Positions 38,401-51,947 of a stretch of 64,000 nucleotides of DNA are shown here, one piece after another. The notes beneath the pieces are model-generated. The model saw only the letters and a list, made by a program, of their open reading frames with translations. It had not been told where the DNA came from and made no database searches. The translations under genes and the position numbers were made by a program. This DNA comes from Macrostomum lignano (lineage: Eukaryota), in assembly GCA_002269645.1 (NCBI GenBank), contig NIVC01000200.1, positions 62,001-126,000 of the forward strand, given 5' to 3'. The first letter of the stretch is position 1; each line of letters begins with the position of its first letter.

Positions 38401-41400
38401 CATAGACGAGATTTTAGTGTCATAGCAGGATCATGTCATAAAGGAGATTTTAGCGGGACAGAAGACGATATTTTAGCTTCATAAATGAGCTTTTAGCAAC
38501 ATAGAGGAAATTTAAGCGTTATTGACGAGATGTAAGCGTGACAGAAGACCATACTTTAGTGTCATAGCTGAGATTTTAGAGTCATAGATTATGTTTTAGT
38601 GTCATAGCTAAGATTTTAGCTGAGATTTTAGCGTCATATATGTTGTTTTAACGTAATAGATGAGACTTTAACGTCATAGATGATGTTTTAGTGTCATAGC
38701 TAAGATTTTAGCTGAGATTTTAGCGTCATAGATGATGTTTTAGCGTCATAGATGAGATTTTAGCGTCTTAGATGATGTTTTAGTGTCATAGCTAAGATTT
38801 TAGCTGAGATTTTAGCGTCATAGATGAGATTTTAGCGTCTTAGATGATGTTTTAGTGTCATAGCTAAGATTTTAGCTGAGATTTTAGCGTCATAGATGTT
38901 GTTTTAACGTAATAGATGAGACTTTAACGTCATAGATGATGTTTTAGTGTCATAGCTAAGATTTTAGCTGAGATTTTAGCGTCATAGATGATGTTTTAGC
39001 GTCATAGATGAGATTTTAGCGTCTTAGATGATGTTTTAGTGTCATAGCTAAGATTTTAGCTGAGATTTTAGCGTCATAGATGAGATTTTAGCGTCTTAGA
39101 TGATGTTTTAGTGTCATAGCTAAGATTTTAGCTGAGATTTTAGCGTCATAGATGTTGTTTTAACGTAATAGATGAGACTTTAACGTCATAGATGATGTTT
39201 TAGTGTCATAGCTAAGATTTTAGCTGAGATTTTAGCGTCATAGATGATGTTTTAGCGTCATAGATGAGATTTTAGCGTCATAAGATGATGTTTTAGAGTC
39301 ATAGATTATGTTTTAGTGTCATAGCTGAGATTTCAGCGTCATAGATGTTGTTTTAACGTTATAGATGAGATTTTAGAGTCTTAGATGATGTTTTAGTGTA
39401 ATAGCTAAGATTTTAGCGTCATAGATGAGATTTTAGCGTCATAGATGAGATTTTAGCGTCTTAGATGATGTTTTAGTGTCATAGCTAAGATTTTAGCTGA
39501 GATTTTAGCGTCATAAATGTTGTTTTAACGTAATAGATGAGACTTTAGCGTCTTAGATGATGTTTTAGTGTAATAGCTAAGATTTTAGCTGAGATTTTAG
39601 CGTCATAGATGAGATTTTAGCGTCATAAATGAGATTTTAGCGTCATAGATGATGTTTTAGCGTTATAGATGAGATTTTAGCGTCATAGATGAGGTTTTAG
39701 CGTCATAGATGATATTTTAGCGTCATATGATGTTTTAGTGTAATAGCTAAGATTTTAGCTGAGATTTTAGCGTCATAGATGAGATTTTAGCGTCATAAAT
39801 GAGATTTTAGCGTCATAGATGCTGTTTTAGCGTTATAGATGAGATTTTAGCGTCATAGATGAGGTTTTAGCGTCATTGATGAGGTTTTAGCGTCATAGAT
39901 GATATTTTAGCGTCATATGATGTTTTAGTGTCATAGCTAACATTTTAGCTAAGATTTTAGCGTCAGATCAAGAGATCAAGAGGGGAGGAGAGGGGAGGTC
40001 AGTTGCCCTCCCTGCCCAAGTGTCTAACAATGAAAGGGATCTTGCTTCCTAGAACAAAAAACTTGACTGCGGCGCCACAGTGGCGCAGTCAAGTTTAGCG
40101 CCACAGTGGCGCTAAAATCTTATCTTTTTCTGGTTTAATAAATTAAGCTGTGGGCATTTGTATGAATGTTACTAGCTATTGAATGAACTATAGCTAGGGG
40201 AGGTCAATGACCTCGCTTGACCGGATCGAGAAAGGTACAACTAGGGAAAGGGGTCAATGACTCCCGGGTCCGGATTGATTAGATCGTAGATAACTTCAGC
40301 TAGGGAGGGGGAGTTCAATGACTCCCGGGTCCGGCTTGATTAGATCGTAGATAACTTCAGCTAGGGAGGGGGAGTTCAATGACTCCCGGGTCCGGCTTGA
40401 TTAGATCGTAGATAACTTCAGCTAGGGAGGGGGAGTTCAATGACTCCCGGGTCCGGCTTGATTAGATCGTAGATAACTTCAGCTAGGGAGGGGGAGTTCA
40501 ATGACTCCCCTCCTCTGTTGCAGTGTCTACATGCGCCCATTAATTAGCTCGTTTAGATATTTTTTGATAGTAATCAGCCTCATCACCACCCCCCCCCCCC
40601 CAGAATCCGACTCGAACGCGAACGCGCCGCTCGCGAAGAGGCCGAGTCGCGTCGCAAAGAGCTGGAAGACCGCCTAGCCGAACTCGAAGGCCTTCAAGAG
40701 TCGTACGCTAGAGAGCGCGAGGAGCAGTCTACCCGCATGGCTGAGATGTCACGCCAGATGGAAGAGATTCAGCGCCAACGAGACGAGATCGAAGCGGCCA
40801 GGCTGCGGGCTGAGGAGATCAAAAACCAGCTGGAGTCGGAGGTGCAGATGAGCGCCGAAGAGCGAGCCAGGCTTCAAGAGGAGAACGAACGCGTGCAGGC
40901 AATGGTTCGGGCTAAAGAAGAGGAAGCTCAGGCCGCTTCAAACGAGCTGACTTCGATGCGGGGCGAGCTGGAAACTGTGCGCAAAGATCTGGATCAGACA
41001 ACTAATCGGATGCAGGACTTGCAGACTAAAGCTGCCGTGATTGTGACGCCTCACCTGGCTGAGCTGGACGATGAAGCTGCTGGTAAGGAGGCTGGCTAAT
41101 CATTTTTTTAGCTTGAGTTCTACTTCTAAATTCCTCTCTGCTCTTTTTGGCTTACTTAAATTCTCCCTTTACTAGCTGCCAGGATTCTAAAAATACCCTC
41201 TGTTCTTTGAGCTAGTAAGATTCTGAATTCCCCTGGTGCTTTGAGCTAGTGAGATTCTGAATTCCCCTGGTGCTTTGAGCTAGTGAGATTCTGAATTCCC
41301 CTGGTGCTTTGAGCTTGTGAGATTCTGAATTCCCCTGGTGCTTTGAGCAAGTGAGATTTTGAATTCCCCTGGTGCTTTGAGCTAGTAAGATTCTGAATTC

Positions 41401-43809
41401 CCCTGGTGCTTTGAGCTAGTGAGATTCTGAATTACCCTGTTGCTTTGTTTGAGCTTGTGAGATTCTGAATTCCCCTGGTGCTTTAAGGTATTGGGATTTT
41501 AAATTCCCAGATGCTTTAACGTATTGGGATTTTAAATTCCCAGATGCTTTAACGTATTGGGATTTTAAATTCCCAGATGCTTTAACGTATTGGGATTTTA
41601 AATTCCCAGATGCTTTAACGTATTGGGATTCTAAATTTTCCTGTTGCTTTCAGCTTATTAGTAAGATCGTTTAGGTTCTCTTGTACCTTCAGTTACCTGT
41701 TGAGAGCATGATTTCACCACGCGGAAATCATTTCGAACTTATTATTCTTAGGAGTTAACTGTATTGCTTTGTGTGCGCTTCAATTTGCGCATTTTTTTCC
41801 GAAGCAAAATGACTAATTGCTTCTTTTGCGTTATCAATAAAACAGCCAGGCGTATTTCCGTCTTTAAACATAATAAGGCGTATATTTGACTATATATTAT
41901 TGACTCGAACCATTAATGTGGGTGTGAGTCAGAGAGGTGGATGCTGTTTGTGCATAGATGATACAGCCTAATTGTGGTTTTATAAATGCCTGCCAGGGGC
42001 GCTAATTTAAATTCGTATCTGTGGCGTTTTATTTTTAGATACTACTCAGTGCGATGGTTTAGTTTAGTACAATACAAATAATCTGTATGCTTAAAAATAA
42101 AAGAAAACGCAATTTTTTCTACTATAAGTAGGCTAGTTAAAATTTTACGGTTTTTTTAAAGAAATCGCACTGAAAAGTATTATTATATCGCGCAATTCAG
42201 CGTCCCGTTCGGCAGATGGCGAAGAAATTGCTAATTGTAAGTTGTTTATTTTTTAACGGCACAAATTTTAGGTTCGACGTTTTATTCAACCAATATTGCT
42301 GTCACTTTTACCTTATTTTTTAAGTAAAGAACTAGTAATACCGCCAGTTTGTGGAGGCACGTTTAAGTTGAACTGACCGTCACTACATGTAAGATTTTTG
42401 CTGTTTAAGAATTAAACACCAGATTGCTATTGTTGTTTCATCAGCTATTTTAGTCTAGAAAGTATTTTTAATATCCGTTTATACGTGTATACATGTACTA
42501 AGATCCAAGGGTCACAGATGAAGGTTGACGACTCACCAGAGCTTTTTTATTTTAAATATAATTGACATTTTTGCGTGTAAGAAAGGTTTAAAAATTAACT
42601 ACGAAGTTTTTCTGTAAAGTTGAAAATCAACAAGGGAAATTACAGTCCCTATAGCTCAAAGCACCAGAGGAATTTAGACCCCCAATAGTTCAAAGCAACA
42701 GGGGAATTCAGAATCCCAATACCTTGAAGCGCCAGGGAATTTAGAATCTTTATACCCTAAAGCACCCGGGGAATTCAGAATCCCAGTACCTTAAAGCACC
42801 AGGGAATTTAGAATCCCAATACCTTAAAGCACCAGGGAATTTAGAATCCCAATACCTTAAAGCACCAGGGAATTTAGAATCCCAATACCTTAAAGCACCA
42901 GGGAATTTAGAATCCAAATATCTTGAAGCACCAGGGAATTTAGAATCCCAATACCCTATAGCACCAGAGGAATTCAGAATCCCAGTAGTTCAAGGCATTA
43001 GGGGAATTCAGAATCCCAATATCCTAAAGCACCCGGGGAATTCAGAATCCCAGTATTTTAAAGCACAAGGGAAATTCAGAATCCAAACACCTCAAAGCAC
43101 CAGGGGAATTCAGAATCCCAGTAGCTCAAAGCACCAGGGGAATTCAGAATCCCAGTAGCTCAAAGCACCAGGGGAATTTTAGTATCCCAGTAGGCTAAGG
43201 CCATAAATAAAGTCTATAGTCGATCCGCAGCCAGTGAGAGGAGGCAGGTAGTTATGTCTGTCGCACCCGTCCGACCCCAGCACGCACAGATTTGTACGCA
43301 TGCACACCCAAGAGTATACAGCGGCTCTGACTTTCTCATTGTCAGGCATGTGTACGTACACTCCTGTGCTTTCAAGAGCTTGTACTCACTGGCGTGAATA
43401 TTGTAAAAGAAATCGAACCTCTACCTGAATGCTGTTGATGTGTGTTGAATAGAGAAAGCATATAATTTTCCTAAATACTTCGTACTAGCTCTGAAGTGTC
43501 AGGTCAATCAACTTCCTTTCCTTCACCATCCCAATAGGCGACAAAAAGTACAATTTCGAATCGCAAGAGAACGGCGACATGGTTGCTAGGGACGACTATC
43601 GAGAGGAGTACATGCAGAGTCACACTATCAAGACTCGGCTAGACGAGATGCGCGACGAGTTCAAGACCTCGCGCAAAGAGGACCAGGTTCAGACCATCGA
43701 CCGGCTTCACGAGAGCAACGTCAAGGAGGGCCGGTCCAAGTTTAAAACTTTGCAAAAAATTCGCATGGGCAACACTAAGAAACGCATTGACGAGTTCGAG
43801 TCGATGTGA
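35494..43809 (+). CDS. ERM: Ezrin/radixin/moesin (ERM) protein, 571 aa, seven exons
   Basis: Exons 35494-35505, 35596-35679, 35817-36191, 36628-36957, 37242-37405, 40604-41082, 43538-43809. MGKP|[22 protein letters not shown] domain ([14 protein letters not shown]), coiled coil, C-terminal [23 protein letters not shown]. Confidence 0.97.
36280..36540. repeat. ~42-bp tandem repeat containing CTGATTGG (CCAAT-box-like) in ERM intron 3
   Basis: Directly visible. Confidence 0.85.
37040..37200. repeat. 21-bp tandem repeat ggaatctcattcacatcccta in ERM intron 4
   Basis: Directly visible. Confidence 0.9.
37440..37700. repeat. C-rich tandem repeat with core aatccgctccctgatcc in ERM intron 5
   Basis: Directly visible. 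Confidence 0.85.
38380..39965. repeat. ~20-bp satellite gattttagcgtcatagatga with higher-order structure, ERM intron 5
   Basis: Directly visible ~1.6-kb array. Confidence 0.95.
40255..40510. repeat. 62-bp tandem repeat, four copies, ERM intron 5
   Basis: Near-identical units gactcccgggtccggcttgattagatcgtagataacttcagctagggagggggagttcaat. Confidence 0.92.
41170..43185. repeat. Foldback-like structure: two arrays of ~34-bp subrepeats in inverted orientation around a ~1-kb AT-rich spacer, ERM intron 6
   Basis: Left arm (41170-41650) gattctgaattcccctggtgctttgagc; right arm (42640-43185) gctcaaagcaccaggggaattcagaatc is its reverse complement. Confidence 0.85.
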
Positions 43810-45667
43810 GAAAACAGGGGGCTCACGATTGAGACCATAACGATGGCTGAGCAACGAACAGTGTCTGTGCGCTTCTATCCTGTTGACTTTGTTGTTAACT
43901 CCATGTATTAAAATTCAAACAATATACTGCTTTTTTCGGTGGGCTGAAAGTGGGATCGCCAAATCAAGTTACTCGCTTTGAAATTGGATTTTCTAGAATA
44001 ATCATTTTAGTTATATGGACTAGCCCACAACCCCCTTGGGGGCGAGGGCGGATATACAGTTTTGGTGAGTGGAAACTTTGATATTGATTGTACCATTCAC
44101 CTTTAACACCTAGGCATTAACTCCCTTTCAAATAATTCTATCAAGAGAGGTTTATCTCGCTTTGCCTAGCGAAAGTTAATTATATTTATCTATTTTTAAT
44201 AATTATTAATAATTGATGTATTGTTTGGTTTTGTGTTTAAAGTTTGCACACACACACACACCAATATTAATAAGTTTCCTATGTTGTAGTTATTACATGC
44301 ATATTCTAGCTTTATTATTCAATATAATGTTATAAGGATGGCGTATGTCAATGTAAATTTGATCAATTGTTTGTGTTTTTAATAGCTACTCTGCCTATTT
44401 GGAAGAACGAAAACAAAATTAACTTTTTTGTGCACTGTGGCCAAAATTACATATCTTATATTTACTATTAATAATATCGATATGATTATTTTTTATGATT
44501 AATTATCTATTAATATTGTATATCAAGTATCCAATTTCATGCAAGTCTTTGTTTTGCTCACTCCAGCACCTAATCTGTGTATGTGAGAATTTTCGACTAA
44601 GTTTCGTTTTTATAAATTTTTATTTATCATATCGTATGGGAAAATATTTAATATACTTCGACATTCAGCTGCAGACCATTTTGGCATCTATTTAGTATGA
44701 TAAATAATAATTTCTATTCCTGTATTTAGTAAGCAAGTAGTAAGCAAGGGTTATGTCAATGGTCATTGCTTTGTTTGTAGTTGTGAGGTTTTTTGTTTCA
44801 GTAAATTCATTTTGGAAACTTTAAAATTCTTATTGCCTGGAAAACACAAAAGCATTCTCTCTCTCTCTCGTCCGTATTGGTTTCATTCCTTGCCTTCCCC
44901 TGTTTATCCTGGTTTGTGTTTAGCTATTTATAGTAGTTCATTACGCATCTCAATCGCATTATTATCAATTTCAAGAAAAAGTCGAAAACCCAATCTTTTT
45001 TTCTATACTTATATATTCTTATTAAAAAATAGAAACTACACGCATTGTAGCTACTTACAGTAGTTGATTGATTGAAAATTTAACAACAAACAGCTGGAAA
45101 AATATGTTAGTTGGCCGTGTGTGAATTATGAAACGATCCCTGATGCCGCTCCATGTTGAATATAATAATTATTATTTTATTTTTTGCGACGAAAATTCTC
45201 AATACTTCGAAAAGCATAATTAATTGGAAGTTTGTGTTTAAATTCTTATTTATTTTTTAGCTAGGTTTCTAGCCATTTTGTGGGCGTTTTAATGTATTAA
45301 AAAAATAGAGGTAGTCTTCATATTCTTCTAATAGTAATAGAGAGGTAAAAGTAGTTGCAGAGACGAGAAAGCAGACTACAGATTGTATTTTAGCGAACAA
45401 CGGATTGCGACCATAAAAATACTTAAAACCCGGCTAAGGTGCTCAAACTTAAAGCAAGTTTTTAATGAATAATGAAAAAAACTGTGTAAATGACAATCTT
45501 TTATAATATGGAAGACAGCTTATTACAGGTAAACTTGAGATGCTTATATATACATATAATACCGTTCACAAATGATGACGTAATAATAGTTGAAATCTAT
45601 GGCATTCTTCAAATCGAGGCCCGGTTTCATTTCATCAGGGTTCATTCATTTTTAACAGCGTTCATTT

Positions 45668-46080
45668 ATTGCATCAGCTGAGTTCATTCATTTCATCAGC
45701 TGGGTTCATTTATTTCATCAGCTGGGTTCATTCATTTCATCAGCTGGGTTCATTCACTTCATCAGCTGGGTTCGTTCATTCATTCATTTCATCAGCTGGG
45801 TTCATTCATTTCATCAGCTGGGTTCATTCATTTCATCAGCTGAGTTCATTCATTTCATCAGCTGGGTTCATTCACTTCATCAGCTGGGTTCATTCACTTC
45901 ATCAGCTGGGTTCATTCATTTCATCAGCTGGGTTCATTCATTTCATCAGCTGGGTTCATTCATTTCATCAGCTGGGTTCATTTCATCAGCTGGGTTCATT
46001 CACTTCATCAGCTGGGTTCATTCATTTCATCAGCTGGGTTCATTCATTTCATCAGCTGGGTTCATTCATTTCATCAGAGG
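45668..46080. repeat. 22-bp tandem repeat ttcattcatttcatcagctggg
   Basis: Directly visible. Confidence 0.95.
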
Positions 46081-46289
46081 TTCATTTCGCCACCTATTTA
46101 CCAGCCACTAAGCAGAAATCGTTAACAACTGCAATTAATTAAAGGATGCAGCTGCACTCGAAAATCGGGCAGATTTTCCTGGCGGATTTCTTGAATTATG
46201 TCTGTCTGGCACTGCAATATTAAAATTGGGTTTGGCCAGAGACAAATTATATCTGTAGATAATTATAGTTGTTTATGGTCTAAATCAGT

Positions 46290-47568
46290 TCACATTGCTT
46301 TTGGTATGGCCACGCGCTTCACATTGGAGTCTGAGTACTGCTGCTGCTGTTGAGATCCAGTTGGTCGAAGTTCACCTAATCGCGTCTGTAACTCATCAAT
46401 TCTGACGTCTTTCAGGTGCAGCAGGTGTTCCAATCGACGAATTTTGGCTTCAAGAATGTCGATTGTTTCGCTTTTGGCCAGGCTTTCCTACAATTTGCAA
46501 ACGTAAACATGTGAGGAGGAGAGGCTTGGGTTAAGGAGGTCTCACACAAATTACTGGGGTATTTATCAATTACAGTATACATAGCCTCGTAGTTTTTTTA
46601 ATCTTTCGGATCATAATTTGCTACCCTCTTTGCCTGAAATGTACAGGTAGCATATAGGCCCCTGATGCTGGCGCCCCTGATGCTGGCGCCCCTGGTGCTG
46701 GCGCCCCTGGTGCTGGCGCCCCTGGAGCTGGCGCCCCTGCTGCTGGCGCCCCTGGTGCTGGCGCTAAAGACCCTGGTGATTGGCGCCCCTAGTGCTAAAG
46801 ACCCAGGTGCAAGCCCCTGAGCTGGTGCTTGGCGCCCCTGGTGATTGGCGCCCATGGTGCTAAAGCCCTTGGCTTCCCTGGAAAATAAAATCTAGGCTTC
46901 GCCCTCAATCTGATAAGGGTAGCAAGTAAAAAATCTTTGACAGACAGCGCGTCCTTTGACAAGGAAATTAAAAATTGTCCGGCAACAAATCGCACCTGCA
47001 CTTTCTCCTCGTACTCCAGTCTGGTTACAAAGTCTGTCTGGCCGACTCTCTGTAAGCTGTCCGAACGGCCAACTGGCCTACCGTGGCCGGTGGCTTTTCC
47101 GCGGGCAAACCGCGGAGAAACCTTTTGTTGCGGTTGCTGATTTTTCCTTTTAGACGAAGCGCCCAAGATAGCTTGGTCTTGGTCGACTTCCGGTGCGTCG
47201 TTGGAAGCTGGTCGCTGCTGCTGGAACAAAGACTTGTCCAGCTTTGTTCGCAATAGCAGCAGCACCCGTTCAATGGTGCCAGGCTTGGCGTTGGCTAGAG
47301 CGTCAATGACATCCGGTGACAGCTCGAAGCTGAGCTTTTTAAAGATCTTCCAGTTGAGCAGAAGCCAGTTCTTCTTCTTCTGATCTGTGGCGTTGCACGC
47401 GCTGAAATTGTGCAGGTCGACCAGCTTAGGACAATAGTGTTTAACAACCTCGGCCATGAGGACACCGTCGCTAAAGTCTCGGGCTATGCTGCGCTTTGGC
47501 CTAGATAGAGGAATCTGGTCGATCCAGCCGTACAGATCCTGGAGGACGTCGTCGTCGATTTCGGTCAT
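46290..47568 (-). CDS. SPEF1: Sperm flagellar protein 1-like CH-domain protein, 256 aa, two exons
   Basis: Exons 47568-46996 and 46487-46290. LYGWIDQIPLSRPKRSIARDFSDGVLMAEVVKH (CH domain); C-terminal ETIDILEAKIRRLEHLLHLKDVRIDEL coiled coil. Confidence 0.93.
46655..46865. repeat. 15-bp minisatellite ggcgcccctggtgct in the SPEF1 intron
   Basis: Directly visible. Confidence 0.9.
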
Positions 47569-48351
47569 CTTTTTGTCACCTAGGAAGAGTTAGCCGCAAG
47601 AATGAAAATTAATTTCAGTGATATGCATGCATTAATCTGCAGTAATGCTTATGGCACAACAATTTTTTATCTGTTTGATAACAATTAAGCATTTAGTTGT
47701 TTGTTCTATAGCTAAATTTTCCAGATCATACGATATCAAGCTTTAAACTATAAATACATCTATACTCTACGCAATCAATGTAAGTGATTTAGTAATTCAT
47801 TTACCAAACAGATTTTACGAAGTGAAGGAACCCTTGTAGTAGCTTGAAATTAGTAAGACGTAACTGCCTAAGTCAACAGAATTCAAACTTATGCTGGATT
47901 GAATATTTTGAAAGAAATTATGAAGTATTTTTACTGACTATCAATATCATGTTACACTAAAATTTACACAAAATGATAAATTGAATTATCAACGTAGATA
48001 GTAGACTCAGTGCCTTAATGCTTGAATTTGTTTTTTAAATATGCATTTAAACATAAATAAGCAATTTTAAGGTTTACTGTTGCGGGAAGAACAAGATGGA
48101 AAATATTTCAACAACAAAAAGTTGTATTTTGTTTTAATTTATGACAGTCACGAAAATTACATTTTTAATTTATGTGGCTGAGTTTCTTTTTCCCGGAAAG
48201 TTTCAAAGTGAAGTTTATTATAGACAGACAAAATCTGAAAAGTAGTCGAGCTATACATTGTTTGTATTCATTATATAGTTAAATTTTTACCATCCAAGTC
48301 TCTAAAATTTATTTTGGCTTTCAATAGTGTTTTTCTACTTTGCATTTTTCC

Positions 48352-51300
48352 ATGGCATCTTCTGGAGTGGATATGGAATTAAAAGAGGTAGGTAAGCTGT
48401 AAGCTTGCCTTAACTAAAACAGTATTATGCCATAATTTATACACTACTACTATGCAATACTTTGAATGTTGTCTTTGCGACTGTACTATGCTATGGTATT
48501 ATATCAAGTTGTCTTTCTCTATGATGGGGATTTTAATTTTATATATTGGTTATGCTTTATGCATAGAATTTGCTAAATTAATGTAATTAATTAGGGTAGA
48601 CTAATAGACTATAGCTTCTTTTCAAATCATCATAGACCTATTATTGTCTTTTTCTGCAATGATGCTTAATTTATGTATATTTATAGCTATAGTATAGCAT
48701 AGCTATTGCCTATTGTGTATTATATTGGGTGTTAGCCTACTTTTAAATATGTCAATATTTCAATTTTTCTCTATAGTTTGGATCGTGTTTGGATCATGCT
48801 GGGTCCAGTAGGGAAAAAAGTATAGGACCAAATTTGTATGCCAAGACTAAAAAATATTTTTAACTATATAAGCCAAAGTTGCACACTTTTTTCATTCTTG
48901 AATTCATTATTCATGCAAAGTAGCAAACTTGAAAAATATGCACTTTTCAACTTTTGCAATATGCATTGAAAAAAGACAATTAAATATTTTTTATTTGCTA
49001 AAAATTATAGAAAATAAGTTTTTAAGGCACCAAGTTTAAATTTTTTTACTATCACTATTGTTCCATATTGACAATGTTATCTATATATAATATATAGTCT
49101 ATAGATGCAGGGATTCCCCAAGCAATATTCAAGATTGATATTTGGAAATACCAAAAATCTCTGCTTTTAAAGCACCAAACGCCATGATTTTTTATAGAAA
49201 AAATATCACCCACGAAATAAACCAACTTTAAAAAAATTACGGCTATAGATTGAAAGGATTTCAGTGTAATAAATTGATATTCAATTTTGAGTACTTCTGC
49301 TTGCTCTCTGTTGCTGAAAATTGACATGTAGGACTTCACCCAGACACTAATTGATTATCATAACTCAAACTGAACTCAAAGCTTCATGCTCAAGAACTAT
49401 TCGAGAAAAACTGATGTTCCTATCTCCAGTGTATTACATGTACATCATGCACACTGTGGAGATAGGAACATCAGTTTTTCTCGAATAGTTCTCAAGCATG
49501 AAGCTTTGAGTTCAGTTTGAGTTATGATAATTTTTGCAATTAGTTTTGCAATAAGTTTTGCAATTTTATAGCTAAAACTTTATAGATAACTTTATAGAAA
49601 CTGCAGTTGTGTCTCTAATGTTGGAGCTAATAGGCACATCCACTTCCACTATATAAGCATACATGGTACCATTGTTTTAAATTTTGGCAATAAAGATATT
49701 GCTGCTATCTCTAGTGTTGAATATATTTTATATTAGATATATAGCCACCCATGTATCTTTAAGTATGAACTCATTCAATATTAATGACATGGCTAATTGG
49801 CATTGTGCAGACCTTATTGACGTGGCTAGTATTTCCAGTGTGAGATGCATTTTATATTATATGGGCATGGCTGCTATGTTTATAAGTATGGACCTAATTA
49901 CTATTGAGACATAGCCACCATTTCTAATAGTTTTTAGATTATAGACATGGCTGCTATTTCTTTAACTGTAGTGAAAACCTTAAGCCTAGATAGTATAAGC
50001 ATATCTATTTTATATGTTTTTTTACTTAGACTTACTATGATCCTAACTATGATCTAAATAGTAATCACATTATAGAAAAATGCAAAACAGAGTATTAATA
50101 ATAGGTAGTTATTATTTTGACAATGACTATAATTCCATAAATAGTGAAATGGTGAATAGTCAATGGTAGAAATATATTAAATTATATTATTTAATTAAGA
50201 TATAAATAAGCCTTAAATATAAAACAGATTTAAAATATAAAATAATAAAATAATATTTTTTACTGATTGTATCATACTATATTATATTATTATCATAATT
50301 GATTTTTGAACTTAAATTTTTTTAGAAACTTAAAAGAGGTCTTACCTTTGACCCTATAGACTTACTAGTACTCAAGATATAAAGTTCTGAATTGCAAATT
50401 TTAGCAATTTTCTATAATAGATAGTAAGCTAGAAATAAAAACTATTATTGTGGTATAGACTCTTTAGTCTTTACCTCAGTATTAGGATTGATGCTTTGAT
50501 ATAAGTAACTAAAAAACTAGGCAAAACAGTGGATTCATCAACAAATCTTAAGCATAGTATGGAACTAGATTAAGAGATAGAATGAGATGCAGAATAAGCA
50601 AAGATAAGAAAAAGGCCTCTGATAACATTGCTATATGGGGCTCTATTTATAATATATTTAGGTTGGTTCAAAGTTAAAAAATGGAAAATAACTCTTTTGA
50701 TTATGTATGTAAGCATTTATATTTGATTGAAAAAATCACTTCTAATTTCTATATTTTAGCATAAATCTTTCATTTAGTTTGTATATAGGGCCAGGCCTAG
50801 TTTAACTTATAGATTTTTATTATTTAAGAAAAAATCTAAGTGATGTCAAGTTTTGTAAATTCTTCCCAGAGTTTGTGTGCTGTACCAATAATATCCCAAA
50901 CTGACATGTACCAGCTAACTGAAAGAAATTAAAGAAAAATACAATTATTTGATCTAAGAAAAGCTTAAAAGCCTTCATATTAATTAGATTTGTAACATCA
51001 ACACGCTTTCACAACTTAACAGGCCATCACCCAGCTGCAGCAGAAGAAGCTGCAGACTAACCAGCAGTTGATGTTTCAAAGCCGCCAAATGGATCAGCTG
51101 CAAAAAGATGTTCGCCACAGGCAGCTGGTACTCGAGGAGCTGTCCAGCATCAGCCCCGAAGGTCGTGTGTACTCATCAGTGGGGCGCATGTTCATGCTGC
51201 AGCCTGTTGACGAAATTCGTACAGAAATTCGTACAAAGATCTCGGCCTCTGAGGATAAAGCGAAAACTCTAGAAGCTAATAAAACTTATCTGGAGCAGAG

Positions 51301-51358
51301 TCTGAAGGAGGCTGAGAACAATCTGAGAGAGATGATTCAAGCTAAGCATGGCAAATGA
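48352..51358 (+). CDS. PFDN1: Prefoldin subunit 1, 123 aa, two exons
   Basis: Exon 48352-48387 (MASSGVDMELKE|) and exon 51023-51358 (AITQLQQK...RVYSSVGRMF...LEANKTYLEQSLKEAENNLREMI). Confidence 0.9.
49354..49531. repeat. 178-bp near-perfect palindrome/hairpin in the PFDN1 intron
   Basis: attatcataactcaaactgaactcaaagcttcatgc...gcatgaagctttgagttcagtttgagttatgataat; arms of ~75-80 bp with few mismatches. Confidence 0.92.
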
Positions 51359-51599
51359 GTCTCTTGTTTCACTCAATTTGGACTCATGCGTCTGTACTGA
51401 CATCTCTGAATAGCCTACCCTGCTTGTTTAAACTGAAAGTTTTTTATAATTACAATATTAGTAATAAGCTTAATGCAGTGCCGTGTATGCTCAGTACATG
51501 AGAGCATTCTCTATAGTTACTGTTTGTGTTTTTATACATTCACTAAAATGGTCATTCTTCTACTTTTTTTGTGCTAGTTTTCTGTAACAAGTGTTAATA

Positions 51600-51860
51600 A
51601 CCCAGATCCTTAGTAGTTGGGCCAGCCTCCCAGATCCTCAGTTGCTGGGCCAGCCTCCCAAAGTGTCAGTTGCTGGGCCAGCCTCCCAAAGTGTCAGTTG
51701 CTGGGCCAGCCTCCCAGATCCTCAGTTGCTGGGCCAGCCTTCCAGATCCTCAGTTGCTGAACCACCAGCCTCCCAGATCCTCAGTTGCTGGGCCAGCCTC
51801 CCAGATCCTCAGTTGCTGGGCCAGCCTCCCAGATCCTCAGTTGCTGGGCCTGTGGGCCAG
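51600..51860. repeat. 28-bp tandem repeat gctgggccagcctcccagatcctcagtt between PFDN1 and ECHDC3
   Basis: Directly visible. Confidence 0.92.
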
Positions 51861-51947
51861 CCGTTAGATATGATTGCCACACCTGTTTAGTCTACTGTAA
51901 GTAGCTGAAATGTAGTTTGTTTTCCAATTCAATTTCAGCATACCTCA

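Noticed and set aside
40255-40510. CRISPR-like regular repeats (also 41200-41650)
   Set aside because: Head-to-tail tandem units with no unique spacers, no cas genes, eukaryotic intron context.
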